Both the position numbers and the translations under genes were made by a program. From contig NC_087245.1 in NCBI RefSeq assembly GCF_037042905.1, positions 23,686,001 to 23,750,000 of the forward strand: a stretch of 64,000 nt of DNA. The letters are read 5' to 3'. This DNA comes from Lytechinus pictus (Eukaryota). The stretch's first letter is position 1. Each line of letters begins with the position of its first letter. Below the pieces are notes generated by a model, which saw only the letters and a program-made list of their open reading frames with translations, was not told the DNA's origin and did no database searches. Below are positions 34,208 to 63,809 of the stretch, piece after piece.

Positions 34208-36065
34208 AAATAAAAAATAATACTAATACAAATAATAATGCTAATACTAATAGGTTCCTTTTATCTCGCATTTCAAGACAGGGTAAATTCACACTGCGCT
34301 TTACATGAAACATACTTCTTTAAACATTTCAAACTTATGTCTTCATGCATCAATCAACATACTTTAGATGAATACAAAACAAAGTGCATCTTAAATAAAA
34401 CAAAAATAAATAAATAGTTAACAATACAGAAAAGATGTAGCTGCTGCAAGCTTAACAACAAACTAATATATACCAGTCAGTCCTGATATCAGTATTAGTG
34501 TAACAATAGTCATATAGTGGGAGCATGAAGTTGAACAATTCATGATTATACATAATTATATATATTTGTTTGAATAATACTTGTTATAAAGATAGTAGTA
34601 TGGTACTCTCTGTCACGAATTATTATGTATACTGTTGTATCACATTCATTTTCTATTCTGTTTTAGATTGCGCTGATGCATTTTGCACACAATGTATAAT
34701 GCCTATAACACGAGTGGGCCAGACCACACATGTATTTCAATAAAAACCGACTTGAGAAAATAACGTGTATATAAATATATAAATAAATAAATAAATAAAT
34801 GCATATAATGTATATATATATGTATAAATATCATATACCTGTAATATAATCTGATATAAACTAATAAATACATAAATAAATATAATACATATCATATATG
34901 AGAAGGTATTGCTAGTACTCGGTTCGTGCCTGAAAAGTCTCGATGAAAAGAAAAGAGTTGTTGCTTCATTCCCATACCAAAAACAGCTTGATTAACAGTT
35001 GCTAATCAGATAATAGAGACATGCGGTAAGTTGGTAAACTTACTTAAAGGAGAATGAAACCCTTGAAACCAACTGAATCCATATCAAAGAGAAAAATCAA
35101 AGAAACATATTGTTGAAAGTTTGAGGAAGATTGAATAAATAATAAGAAATTTATGAGCATTTGAATATTGAGATCACTAATGCCATCTAGATCCTCCAAT
35201 TGGCAATGCGACCAAGATCTGTGATGTCACACACGTACAACTTCCTCATTACTTTAGTACTTATTTCACTTGTATTCTCACTTTTATAGAGTCTATCACA
35301 AGGTGAGGTGTTCTCTTTATGAGAGGAAAAGTATAGAGGTTTCACAACATTATATCATTGATGAATCGTTTGTCATATATGATTAGAATGAGCAAAAAGA
35401 GATGTTTTGGGGTATATTTTCAGTGTCCAAAAGGGGAGAGTTGTTCATCTGTGACATCATAGATCTTGGTCGCATTGCCAATGGAAGGATCTCCATAGCA
35501 TAAGTGATCTCGACATTCAAATGCTCATAACTCTTCTATTGCTAGTCCTATTTTACTCAAACTTTTGTTGATCTTATTCTTTGATTTTTTTGCTTTCACA
35601 AAAGCTAACTTGCTCCAAAGGTTTCATTCTCCTTTAAGGAGCATTCATGGCTCAACAAACAAACATATCGGTCTCTTAGTCAGTTTTACTTTTGTAGTCT
35701 TGCAAATTTGTGTCTTAGAAACCAAATATCTTGCGCCTCTTTTCGTTCCTGCCCAGTAAATACTTGTAAGATTTTCTTTTTTTTACCGTCTGAATTGGCT
35801 TTCACCGTGTGAATGCGGCTAATAACAATAAACACAATTACAATAATGATGAGGATTATTATTATCATCATCATAATTATTATTATTATTAATATTATAA
35901 TTGTTATCATTATTATTATTACTATTATTATCATCATTATGACTTATTAAGTAACCAAATATCATTCCCCAAAACCTGGGGGGGATGATTGTACATGCCA
36001 TCCCCCCCACCTTGTGATGTGGGGGGGATGCATCCCCCTCATCCCCCCCGTTGTCTACGCCCCTG
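33318..36065 (+). mobile_element. Non-autonomous hAT-like transposon, 2748 bp, copy 1
   Basis: ATCAAATC|CAGTGGCGTAGAC ... GTCTACGCCCCTG|ATCAAATC; 8-bp TSD; no transposase ORF; second copy at 44228-46975. Confidence 0.93.
35048..35633. mobile_element. Kolobok-like element (family A) nested in hAT copy 1
   Basis: TTAA|AGGAGAATGAAACC ... GGTTTCATTCTCCT|TTAA; related to 2821-3405. Confidence 0.8.
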
Positions 36066-36519
36066 ATCAAATCCAACCTGACGTTATGTTTGTTTTGGTG
36101 TTCGACACAGCCCTTCTTTTGTGTCCATCGAATGAAAGAGAGGACTCAAATTGACCATGAATACTTCATACCGGTGACTCAGGATGAATAGCACTTGTGC
36201 TTGAAAACTGGGCTATACCTATTTATTTTAGTACAACATGTAAAATGTAACACGATAGTTCATCACACTTTACACTGGCGTAGCTATGAATTTTCTAACA
36301 GGAGGGGAGGGGGTTCGAGACAAGGAAGCGAATCAACCAATCGAGAGAAGGATGTATTAGTAGTGGCGTATTAATGTTTTACTTATAGGGGCGCCGAATT
36401 GATGTTCGACCTAGGGGCGCCGATTGAAGTTCGATATAGGGAGCGCCGAATTGATGTTGGGCGCTTAATTCATATTTGACCTTTGAAGCGCCAATTCGAT
36501 GTCCAAATTAGAAATCAGA

Positions 36520-37190
36520 ATATAAAAAAATTCAGATAGCGCTTCGCGCTAGCATCAATAAATTGTTTGGATAGATACTCATCCTGTGTATGATCACAAC
36601 ATGTGTTTAGAATGACAAGTTTTGGGTCGGAATATCAAAAATTTTCAGTTCGCGCTTCGTGTTCGCATCGATTAATTAGATGCCCGTCCTTTTCATGATT
36701 ACAGAAAATGCGTAGTATGTCAAAATTTAAGGCAGAATCTCCAAATTTTTCAATCGCTGAGTGAGAAGACCATCCTGTTCATGTTTACCAAAAGTGCTTA
36801 GAATGTACAAATTAATTTTTAGGTCACAATATCATTTTTTTTCCAGCTTGCCCTTCGCGCTCGCACAATTATTTAAATATTTACCCATTCTGTTCATGGT
36901 TACGAAAAATGTTTAGAATATCCAGGTTTTGGTCGGAAATTAAAAAAATTGTCAGCTCGCGCATCGCGCTCGCATAAAATGTTGAGATAGATAAGTGGCG
37001 ATCCTGTTCATGGTTAGATAAAGTGCTTAGAATGTCCAACTTTCAATTGGGTCGGAATGTCACAAATTTTAAGTTCGCGCTCGCATAAAACGATTTGTTA
37101 TATACCCATCCTTTTACTTAGAATGTCAAAATTTTAGGTCAGAATATCAATTTTCCAGCTCGCGTTTTGCGCATCAATATTGTTTAGATA
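36520..37190 (-). repeat. Degenerate ~110-bp tandem repeats carrying GCTCGCGCTTCGCGCTCGC
   Basis: About six units; reverse complement of the array at 41020-41610. Confidence 0.7.
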
Positions 37191-37361
37191 TATACGTACC
37201 AGGGGCGGATCCAGCCTTTGCCAATAGGGGGGGGGGGGGCGGAATTCTTTTCAGCCTCATTTTCCCGATCGGCCGCTCGAAGTTGATTTTTGTTTGTTTC
37301 TTTGAAGGGGTAGTCCTAATAGTCACTTTTTAGTTCTATGTTTATAAATCAACTTAAATAT

Positions 37362-37956
37362 AGGGGAATCCAGCCTTGGCCATAAAATGCTGTGTGGGGA
37401 AGGAGAAAAATAAATGAAACAGAATGGTGAAACTTTGAAAGAAATCGGACAAGCAATACGAAATTTATAGCTGCTTTAAAATTGAGCTCACTAATACTAT
37501 GTAGATTTCAAATTGGCAACTGGGTAAGTAAATTATGACAAGGGGCAAGGACAACTTTCCCATAGGCCATGTACTTTATTATCAGGGATTTGTGGTTTTC
37601 TCCTAAGTACCCATTCCCCTGGGGCAGTAATCCAAATATAACCCATGTAGTATATTGGTTTATATCCTCATGAAAGAAAAATACAATTTGAAATAAAACT
37701 TTTGGGAAAAATGACATTTTAGCCATAATATGTATTGGAGTACATGGAAGAGTAGTCCTTGCCTCACATCACTATGACATCCCATATGCGGCCAATTTGA
37801 AGTCTCCATGGGTATAGTGATTACCAATATTTACAACTTTTAAAAATTCATAACTTTCTTGTTGTTTGTCCAATATTGTTCAAACTTTCACCCATCAACT
37901 TGTCTGATTTTTCTTTTCCTTGTAAAAACAAGTTTTTATTTGGGTTGGATTTCCCT
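37362..37956. mobile_element. Kolobok-like element (family C)
   Basis: AGGGGAATCCAGCC ... GGTTGGATTTCCCT|TTAA; degenerate relative at 57040-57597. Confidence 0.7.
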
Positions 37957-40267
37957 TTAAATATGAAAAAATCTCATAAGCCTTATTTAAACAGTGCGAG
38001 CTATTTTTTTTTCAAGTATTTTGTCCTAAAATTTGAATATTCTGGGCAATGTTTGTGATCCTAAACCATGTGTATCCAATTAAATAATTACTGCGAGCGC
38101 GAAGACCATAACACCGAAATTTTTTACAGAGCACTTTAAAAAAATAAATTTGTAAATCAAACAAAATAATGAAAGTTCGATTTCCGAAAAGTTCACAGGG
38201 GCGCCAAAATTAAGTCGCCCCCCGCCCCCCGGGTGCAAAATACGCGTCTGGTATCCGCTATTGGGCCTCGTTATTAAATTATAACAATAAAAATCCACCA
38301 ACCCTGTTGTAAAGTCAAACTTCACCAGTGACAGTAAGTTCCAGACGTTGTATATGTCATGAGGCATTCCTTATAATCGATTGTCAATATCACATAAAAA
38401 ACGGTTTTCAACCACAATTAACTTCATGGAAAATGTATATGATAACATACCATCAAGTAGATTGAATTGCACCATCAATGAACAACTGAAATTCTTCATT
38501 ATTTTTTTGTCAATTCTGTTTTTATTATTAATGTCAATAAGAAAAAAATTACAAATCATTAAGTGATTGCAAATCACATAAATTCAAGATGGTTACACAA
38601 AAAATAAGAAAAGTAACAGAAACAACGATAGAACAATAGAATACCCCCAAAAGGAATGTGGCAAAGTGATGAATTAATATCAGTTTAATCTAAACAGTGT
38701 TAAGTGATTCGGTAAATAAAGTACACACAAAACAAGATATACAAGCTAGGATTATAAAACAATTTTCAAACAAAATATAGATGATGATAAAAGACATAAA
38801 CTGCTAATCTAAGCTAGACAACAAACAAAAGAGGTTTTTAAAAGAACAAGTATATGAGTTGCATAACAAATATGACAATTGCAACATGTCCAGTACAGTG
38901 CAGTATTATTACAGAAAATGGGGCACTGGAACTCATCAAAGGAGTATTTCACAACACTTAAAATAACCAGAGCCTGTTATGCAAAATATATTAATTATGT
39001 TAGTGATCGTGTATACCTTTTACGATAATCAAATTATAAAATAAATCGCAATTTTTAAAGTGGGCGGGCAAAAATCCCTCATTATCATGATTATAATCAA
39101 CCTAAGTGGGAGATATAATTTCCGTTTTCCTTCTCCAACGAATTATAATTATGCCCACCACATTCGCTTTCACGCGTGATGAAGATGAACTGAAATTAAC
39201 AGATAGATGAAAGGGTGGTATATAGGTAGATCTCAAAGATTAGTGGTCTATACAGTTGTTGACAATTAGTTAATGAATCTATGCAAAAATAATATCCTCG
39301 AAAGTGAAGCCTTGCGAAGCGACTGACCACGACCTCTGAACGAGGTGGCACATACTCATTTTCAATCATGAAATCGAAAAATTTGATGCTCAATATGAGT
39401 AATATTTGATAAATTTTCCTGAAAGAGGGAGTAAGCTTCCAAATGGCGTAGAAAGATACGCATCCTGATCATGATTTAAAAAAAATGCTCGGAATGTTCA
39501 ATTTTCAGATCTGACTCTGAATACTTAAAAGATACCCCCTAAAATGTCCTCACGCACTCATCAATTATTTCTGTTTATGAGATACCTTATATTGTTTGAC
39601 AGAATAAAATTTAGATGTGACACAAAACCTCTCACCTTTTTTATAAGAAAATAGATTTCGACATGATCTTTAGAAGATAATATCATCTTTGACCCTCTTC
39701 CTTTTTTTTTTCTTTTTCGAGCTTTCGTGTGTCATCCTGTGGAAGCCTTTTGTTTTTGTACACGCTAATACTGTCTATTTTTATGGTGTCTTGCCAAATA
39801 AAATCAATCAATCAATCATTCATTTATTCAATCACTCAATCAATCAATAAATCGATCAGTCAGTCAGTCAATCAATCAATCAATCTGACTTTTTGTTGTC
39901 TTGGTCGTGATTTTTTTGGGGATCTATGTCCCCCCCCCCCTTCTCTGTACTCTCTTGACCGACCACAATCACTATCAAATTAAAATTCAATTTTATTTCC
40001 AATAGAACATTAAGTATAATATAAATTATTTTCATATATTTTTAACAAACATTTAGAATCGCCTACTATCAACTTCCAAGAACGTGGAAATAGCACAATA
40101 ATATGCAAATAGACTGCAAAAAGATTGCAGAAAAGGAATATTTTGAACAATTTTTAAAAATTATTATCAGAGATGATGCAATTCCAAGTTCTCAATAAAA
40201 CATGCAAAGCTCATTCAAATTTGAAATAGCGCCTTCTTTGAATTACTAGATTACTATTATTTATATT

Positions 40268-40519
40268 AGAGTAGAGAAGAGAAGAGTAGAGTAGAGTAAA
40301 GTAACTAGAGTAGAGTAGAGCAGATTAGCCTGTAGAGTAGAGTAGAGCAGAGTAGAGTAGAGTAGAGTAGAGTAGTAGAGTATAGAGTAGAGTATATATA
40401 GAGTAGAGTAGAGTATAGAGTAGAGAAGAGTAGAGTTGAGTAGAGTAGAGTAGAGTATAGAGTAGTTAGAGTAGAGTAGAGATGAGAAGAGTAGAGTCGG
40501 GAGTAGAGTAGAGTAGAGT
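40268..40519. repeat. (AGAGT)n microsatellite, left piece
   Basis: Direct reading. Confidence 0.95.
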
Positions 40520-41634
40520 CAGGGACCTGGGAACGATTTTTTCAGTGGGGGTGCTGAAATCTCTCCTCGAAGGTGGGGGGACACAATTGAGTTTTCCATA
40601 ATTACACACACACACACACACATCTAAGGGCACCACACCCACACACACACACCCTAACACACACAAACACACCCTCACACACACATATATATATATATGT
40701 ATACAAATACAAATACAGTCACTTCTTAGCTATCTTCTTATAAAAGAACATAGATATATGATTAGATAACTCGAGCGCGAAGCGAGCTATTTTTTTTTTT
40801 GGGGGGGGGGATTTCATGTATTTTGTCCTGAAAATTGAACATTTTAAGCAATGTTTTGTGGTCCTGAACAAGATGCGTATGTAACAAATAATAACTGCGA
40901 ACGTGATCAGCGCGAGCAGATATTTTTTACATACGCTCTGGCCTGATCGAAAGGGACGTGTTATAAGGACTGTTTGCAGTTACCCATTAAGACGATACAT
41001 ATATCAATAATAAAATAATGCGAGCGCGAAGCGCGAGCTGAAAAAATTGACATTCCGACCTAAATACAGGACATTCTAAGCACTTTTTGTAATCATGAAC
41101 AGGATAGGTATATAAATCATACAATTGATGCGAGCGCGAAGCGCAAGCGGAAAAAAATTGAGATTTCAGACCCCAAAAAGAGACATTCTAAGCACTTTTC
41201 TAATCATGAAGAGGATAGGTATATAACTATACAATTGATGCGAGCGCAAAGCGCGAGCGGAAACAATATTGATATTTCAGACCAAAAAACGAGACATTCT
41301 AAGCACTTTTCTAATCATGAAGAGGATAGGTATATAACTATACAATTGATGCGAGCGCGAAGCGCGAGCAGAAATAAAAATGAGATTTCAGACCTAAAAA
41401 CAGGACATCTTAAGCACTTTTCTACTCATGAACAGGATAGGTATATAACTATACAATTGATGCAAGCGCAAAGCGCGAGCGGAAACAAAATTGAGATTTC
41501 AGACCTATAAACGGGACATTCTATTCATGTTTTGTAAATCAAGAAAATGATGGGTAATTGGATATATTCTGACATTAATAATGTGAGCGCGAAGCGCGAA
41601 CAGAACTTTTTTGATATTCTGATCTGAAACTACG

Positions 41635-42558
41635 CACTGAATGTAATATGGTTTGAACAGATAAAGAAAAATCAGACGAACATAAGAATAAAGATTTGAT
41701 CAAATCCGACAAAGAATATCAAAGTTATTGCATTTTAAAGATTAGCATTATTCCAGTGAAACAGTTTTAAGCATGTCTTCATTAATATTCAATGAGCAAA
41801 CTGATGATGTCATATCCCCACTTGTTCTTTTGTATTTTATTATATATTATTAGGTTTATTCAATATTTTCCCTTCAAGAACCAAAAACCAAATTGACGAC
41901 TGATTTAGTCCATTATATATTTTTTGCTGCATCTTATTTCATTATAAGGGAGACATATCATTCACACTGGTATGAAAAAAAATGAAACAATTTTGAATCC
42001 ATGTAATAATACAAGAAACAGGATATAGTGGGATGTGACATCTTCAACCCACATAGGCGGAAATCCCAGAGGGGACAGGGGGACGTGTCCCCCTAACAAA
42101 AATAGTAGGGGGACACAATATCAAATGTCCCCCCTATTATTTTTGGTCTTTCGTGATGGAGAAAAATAAATCAGTTCACAATCGAAATAATATACATGTA
42201 TTATGGACTAAATGACCTTACATTTTGGGTGAAAACCTTTTTTTTTTTTTTTTTTTTTGGGGGGGGGACTTGTCAAATTTTGTTAGGGTTAAAATGTGAC
42301 CTTACATTTAGGGTGATTACCTTTTTTTTTGCTTCTCAAATTTTACAGGCCCTGGTCCCCCCTACCTTTGGGGAAAGATTTCCGCCCATGTCATCCCACC
42401 TATTACATATTCATGACGACATGCATATCACCATTTTCATAAAACTTTGCTAAACTTTAGAATTAAATAACTGAACTATTTGTTATCAGATTTTCATAAA
42501 ATTTATTTATTTTGATAAAATGTATTTGATATAAATATTTTCAGCCCGGAGTACCCCC
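41635..42558. mobile_element. Kolobok-like family B copy (ends eroded) nested in 40520-43316
   Basis: Co-linear with 10511-11115; ends TTTTCAGCCCGGAGTACCCC. Confidence 0.7.
42052..42390. mobile_element. hAT-like MITE nested in the Kolobok-like copy
   Basis: TCAACCCA|CATAGGCGGAAATC ... GATTTCCGCCCATG|TCATCCCA; 8-bp TSD with one mismatch. Confidence 0.8.
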
Positions 42559-43316
42559 AAAACAAGCTGCGTATCTGAATAAACATGCGTGCGCTTGTTT
42601 AGAGTTAGACCTAGTATCTGCATGGGCATTCTAAATACATTTTTTTTATTATAAAGTAAAAAATGCGAGCGCGAAGCGCGAGCAGAAAATATTTGATATT
42701 CCGATCTGAAAATTCTGAAGGGGGGGGGTTCTACAAAACGTCGTTCATTTAAATTAAATTTTGTCATTTATCATACCTACTACTATAGCTTTCCAGGAGG
42801 TGCTGCCTATGGAAAATAACACATGCAGCACCCCCAAATTTTGGGGGTGCTTCACCCCCAGCACCCCCGCTTCCCAGGGCCATGGGGCAGGGCGAAAAAG
42901 ACTGTGAAATTTGATTTCTATTGTCTGACTTGTAATAGTTTATACAAAACATGGGCGGTCGGGCACGCGCACACTTGATTCGACATAAAACCTGGAAGTG
43001 TCATTGTGTCAAGTCCAACCACACCCTTATTATGTCCCTCCCTGCTATCGAGTAGTGCGTAAACTATGGTATATATAGCGTGCGACCACGTCTGTATCGG
43101 AATGCCGGAGCTTGATTGAGTCGCGTTATAGGATGGATGTTATTGGAATATGTGAAATGCTATTATGTAAATGATTTGCGATTGTGTCGGATGTGCTAAT
43201 TATGTACATTATAACATATTTTAAAAAATACAGGGGGGAACCTGATTTCGTGGGGGTGCTGCCTATGGGAAATAATACACGCAGCACCCCCAGCACCCCC
43301 GCTTCCCAGGTCCCTG

Positions 43317-43763
43317 AGTAGAGTATGTACCTGTACTATTATAGAGTAGAGTAGAGTAGAGAAGAGTAGAGTTGAGTAGAGTAGAGTAGAGTATACTAGA
43401 GTAGCTAGAGTAGAGTAGAGAAGAGAAGAGTAGAGTCGGGAGTAGAGTAGAGTAGAGTAGAGTAGAGTAGAGTAGAGTAGAGTAGAGAAGAGAAGTGTAG
43501 AGTTGAGTAGAGTAGAAATAAGAGTAGAGTAGAGTTATGTAGAGTAGACTCGGGAGCCTCTCGGAGTAGAGTAGATCGAGTAGAGTAGAGTAGAGTAGAG
43601 TAGAGTAGAGAAGAGAAGAGTAGAGTCGAGTCGGGAGAAGAGTAGAGTACGTACGTAGTGTAGAGTAGAGTAGAGAAGAGTAGAGTTGAGTAGAGTTGAG
43701 TAGAGTATAGAGTGTAGTAGAGTAGAGTAGAGAAGAGTAGAGTTGAGTAGAGTGCGTATAGAG
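43317..43763. repeat. (AGAGT)n microsatellite, middle piece
   Basis: Direct reading; source of the spurious STLLY-repeat ORFs. Confidence 0.95.
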
Positions 43764-45029
43764 CCCGGGGGGGGGGGCACTTCCATTGACGAATGGATAC
43801 CATGCGCGACCATGGGGTCTCGAAAAGCACCCTAAACACGTATTTTCCATATTCTGAAAATGCACCTCTTAACAAGTATTGGCGTCTCAAACCCTATACC
43901 CTTAAATTGGAAACAAAACGATACTCTTGGCAAGTGTTCCCTGAAATGAACCCCTAAACAAGTACAGCGATATTTTATTGTTATGTCACGGGTCCGTCGG
44001 TCGTCGGTTTTACCTTTACACAGTTTCGGCCTCACTGTCCACACCTCGCGCGAATCGGACTCTACACGTGTTGGGGCAAAAAGGACATCCTTTAATTATA
44101 AAACATTTTAATTTTGTTTTATCATTCCCGCAAATTTGACCCTAACTCCGTAGCTTCGCAAGCGAAATAGATACCCTTTTTTCATTATTTTTGTGTTTTG
44201 ACACCCTTATCACGTTACGTACGTAACCAGTGGCGTAGACAGGTTCGTACACCTGGGGGGGATGACTGGGCTGCCAACGCTAGCGAGGGAGCGAAGCGAC
44301 CGAGCGGGGGGAGGGTGTGGGAGGGGGGTGTCCCCCCTCCCACGGTAGGGAGCTTTTGCAATTTTGAACTTGAAATCGTGCAATCTGATGCATACTTAAT
44401 GAGGTAAAATAACACACACAAGCGCGCACGCACACACACACATACTCACCCCCCCCCACACACACACACACACACACGGGTGCGCGCACCACACACATAC
44501 TACGCCTTGAATGGACAGACATACATCGACAAGATCTACACACCGTGGCATACGAATACAGAATGGACTGACACAAAGTATTGCATATTGAACCACACTA
44601 CGTATTTATTTATCTCTGTGAATTTTGCTGTTACACCTCTTCAGAAAAAAAAAACAATGTCAACTGTGTAAACGCAGGTATAGTCTTTGTTGATATGGGT
44701 ATGTGGTTATGAATGAAAACAGCCTCTGTGGCCATTTGTGAATAGAACACATAAACAACAAACAAATAACAATATGTCTGTTCATTATAAAGCATAATGA
44801 ATACGTACATACTATGCTTTTTTTACCTCAAAGAAACAGGCATAGTATCCATAGATGGATATTGGCTGGCGGCTCATTAACATACAGATACAAAAAACAT
44901 AAACAGTATCACTATGATCCATGGAGTAACAATACTGCTCTGTAAGTTTGTGAAGAAATCGGAACCATAACGGCATTGCATCGTTTCAAATTAGGGCATT
45001 ATTTACTTCTATTTGATCTCAGTCTTATA

Positions 45030-45117
<88 letters not shown>

Positions 45118-47073
45118 AAATAAAAAATAATACTAATACAAATAATAATGCTAATACTAATAGGTTCCTTTTATCTCGCATTTCAAGACAGGGTAAATTC
45201 ACACTGCGCTTTACATGAAACATACTTCTTTAAACATTTCAAACTTATGTCTTCATGCATCAATCAACATACTTTAGATGAATACAAAACAAAGTGCATC
45301 TTAAATAAAACAAAAATAAATAAATAGTTAACAATACAGAAAAGATGTAGCTGCTGCAAGCTTAACAACAAACTAATATATACCAGTCAGTCCTGATATC
45401 AGTATTAGTGTAACAATAGTCATATAGTGGGAGCATGAAGTTGAACAATTCATGATTATACATAATTATATATATTTGTTTGAATAATACTTGTTATAAA
45501 GATAGTAGTATGGTACTCTCTGTCACGAATTATTATGTATACTGTTGTATCACATTCATTTTCTATTCTGTTTTAGATTGCGCTGATGCATTTTGCACAC
45601 AATGTATAATGCCTATAACACGAGTGGGCCAGACCACACATGTATTTCAATAAAAACCGACTTGAGAAAATAACGTGTATATAAATATATAAATAAATAA
45701 ATAAATAAATGCATATAATGTATATATATATGTATAAATATCATATACCTGTAATATAATCTGATATAAACTAATAAATACATAAATAAATATAATACAT
45801 ATCATATATGAGAAGGTATTGCTAGTACTCGGTTCGTGCCTGAAAAGTCTCGATGAAAAGAAAAGAGTTGTTGCTTCATTCCCATACCAAAAACAGCTTG
45901 ATTAACAGTTGCTAATCAGATAATAGAGACATGCGGTAAGTTGGTAAACTTACTTAAAGGAGAATGAAACCCTTGAAACCAACTGAATCCATATCAAAGA
46001 GAAAAATCAAAGAAACATATTGTTGAAAGTTTGAGGAAGATTGAATAAATAATAAGAAATTTATGAGCATTTGAATATTGAGATCACTAATGCCATCTAG
46101 ATCCTCCAATTGGCAATGCGACCAAGATCTGTGATGTCACACACGTACAACTTCCTCATTACTTTAGTACTTATTTCACTTGTATTCTCACTTTTATAGA
46201 GTCTATCACAAGGTGAGGTGTTCTCTTTATGAGAGGAAAAGTATAGAGGTTTCACAACATTATATCATTGATGAATCGTTTGTCATATATGATTAGAATG
46301 AGCAAAAAGAGATGTTTTGGGGTATATTTTCAGTGTCCAAAAGGGGAGAGTTGTTCATCTGTGACATCATAGATCTTGGTCGCATTGCCAATGGAAGGAT
46401 CTCCATAGCATAAGTGATCTCGACATTCAAATGCTCATAACTCTTCTATTGCTAGTCCTATTTTACTCAAACTTTTGTTGATCTTATTCTTTGATTTTTT
46501 TGCTTTCACAAAAGCTAACTTGCTCCAAAGGTTTCATTCTCCTTTAAGGAGCATTCATGGCTCAACAAACAAACATATCGGTCTCTTAGTCAGTTTTACT
46601 TTTGTAGTCTTGCAAATTTGTGTCTTAGAAACCAAATATCTTGCGCCTCTTTTCGTTCCTGCCCAGTAAATACTTGTAAGATTTTCTTTTTTTTACCGTC
46701 TGAATTGGCTTTCACCGTGTGAATGCGGCTAATAACAATAAACACAATTACAATAATGATGAGGATTATTATTATCATCATCATAATTATTATTATTATT
46801 AATATTATAATTGTTATCATTATTATTATTACTATTATTATCATCATTATGACTTATTAAGTAACCAAATATCATTCCCCAAAACCTGGGGGGGATGATT
46901 GTACATGCCATCCCCCCCACCTTGTGATGTGGGGGGGATGCATCCCCCTCATCCCCCCCGTTGTCTACGCCCCTGTACGTAACGTGCCCTATCTTGAAAA
47001 AGACATCCTTTTTACGTGTTTTTTTGGTCGCGCATGGTATCCACTCGTCAATGCATGTAAGTGGCCCCCCGGG
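43764..47073. mobile_element. CCCGGG-ended MITE (~550 bp) split by hAT copy 2
   Basis: CCCGGG(G)nCACTTCCATTGACGAATGGATACCATGCGCGACCA ... TGGTCGCGCATGGTATCCACTCGTCAATG...AAGTGGCCCCCCGGG. Confidence 0.8.
44228..46975 (+). mobile_element. Non-autonomous hAT-like transposon, 2748 bp, copy 2
   Basis: TACGTAAC|CAGTGGCGTAGAC ... GTCTACGCCCCTG|TACGTAAC; constant 10910-bp offset from copy 1; includes the nested Kolobok-like MITE at 45958-46543. Confidence 0.93.
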
Positions 47074-47080
47074 CCGGGAC

Positions 47081-47127
47081 GTAGAGTAAAGTAGAGTAGA
47101 GTAGAGTAGCTAGAGTAGAGTAGAGTA
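47081..47127. repeat. (AGAGT)n microsatellite, right piece
   Basis: Direct reading. Confidence 0.9.
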
Positions 47128-47457
47128 AAATAAAATAAATTAAAGCAAAATAGACTTGGAATATATCTGTATGTACCACCACAATCCAGTGAATGTTTTA
47201 GCAGGGAGCTTCAAGCTCCTTGATTTTAGGGTTTGATGAGGTGGGAGGTGGCCTACCATAATATTTTAAAACGGTACCGTACCGTATACCATACCGGTAC
47301 GTACGTACGTACCGTACCAGTTTTCAGTCTGCTAGCTTCACGATCTTGCTGCAAACGTTAACAACTTACAGTTACACTTTCCGACACTCTGAATTATCAT
47401 TTATCGTTTATTTTACAGTTGAGCTGGGCTTTTGAATTGAAAAGAAATATTGCAGCT

Positions 47458-63809
<16,352 letters not shown>

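Larger units (their letters stand above)
40520..43316. mobile_element. Non-autonomous hAT-like element (~2.8 kb) inserted in (AGAGT)n
   Basis: Perfect 14-bp TIR CAGGGACCTGGGAA / TTCCCAGGTCCCTG with AGTAGAGT on both sides (TSD length ambiguous inside the satellite). Contains ~111-bp tandem repeats and nested MITEs. Confidence 0.85.

Noticed and set aside
43263..43890. 161-200 aa ORFs (STLLY repeats); likewise poly-I, poly-L and poly-T ORFs at 34066, 44976 and 55606
   Set aside because: They are translations of (AGAGT)n, (AAT)n and (TAG)n microsatellites.
33318..46975. Assembly artefact, segmental duplication or paired LTRs of one retroelement
   Set aside because: Each copy has TIRs and its own distinct 8-bp TSD, there are no TG...CA ends, and no gag/pol lies between them.
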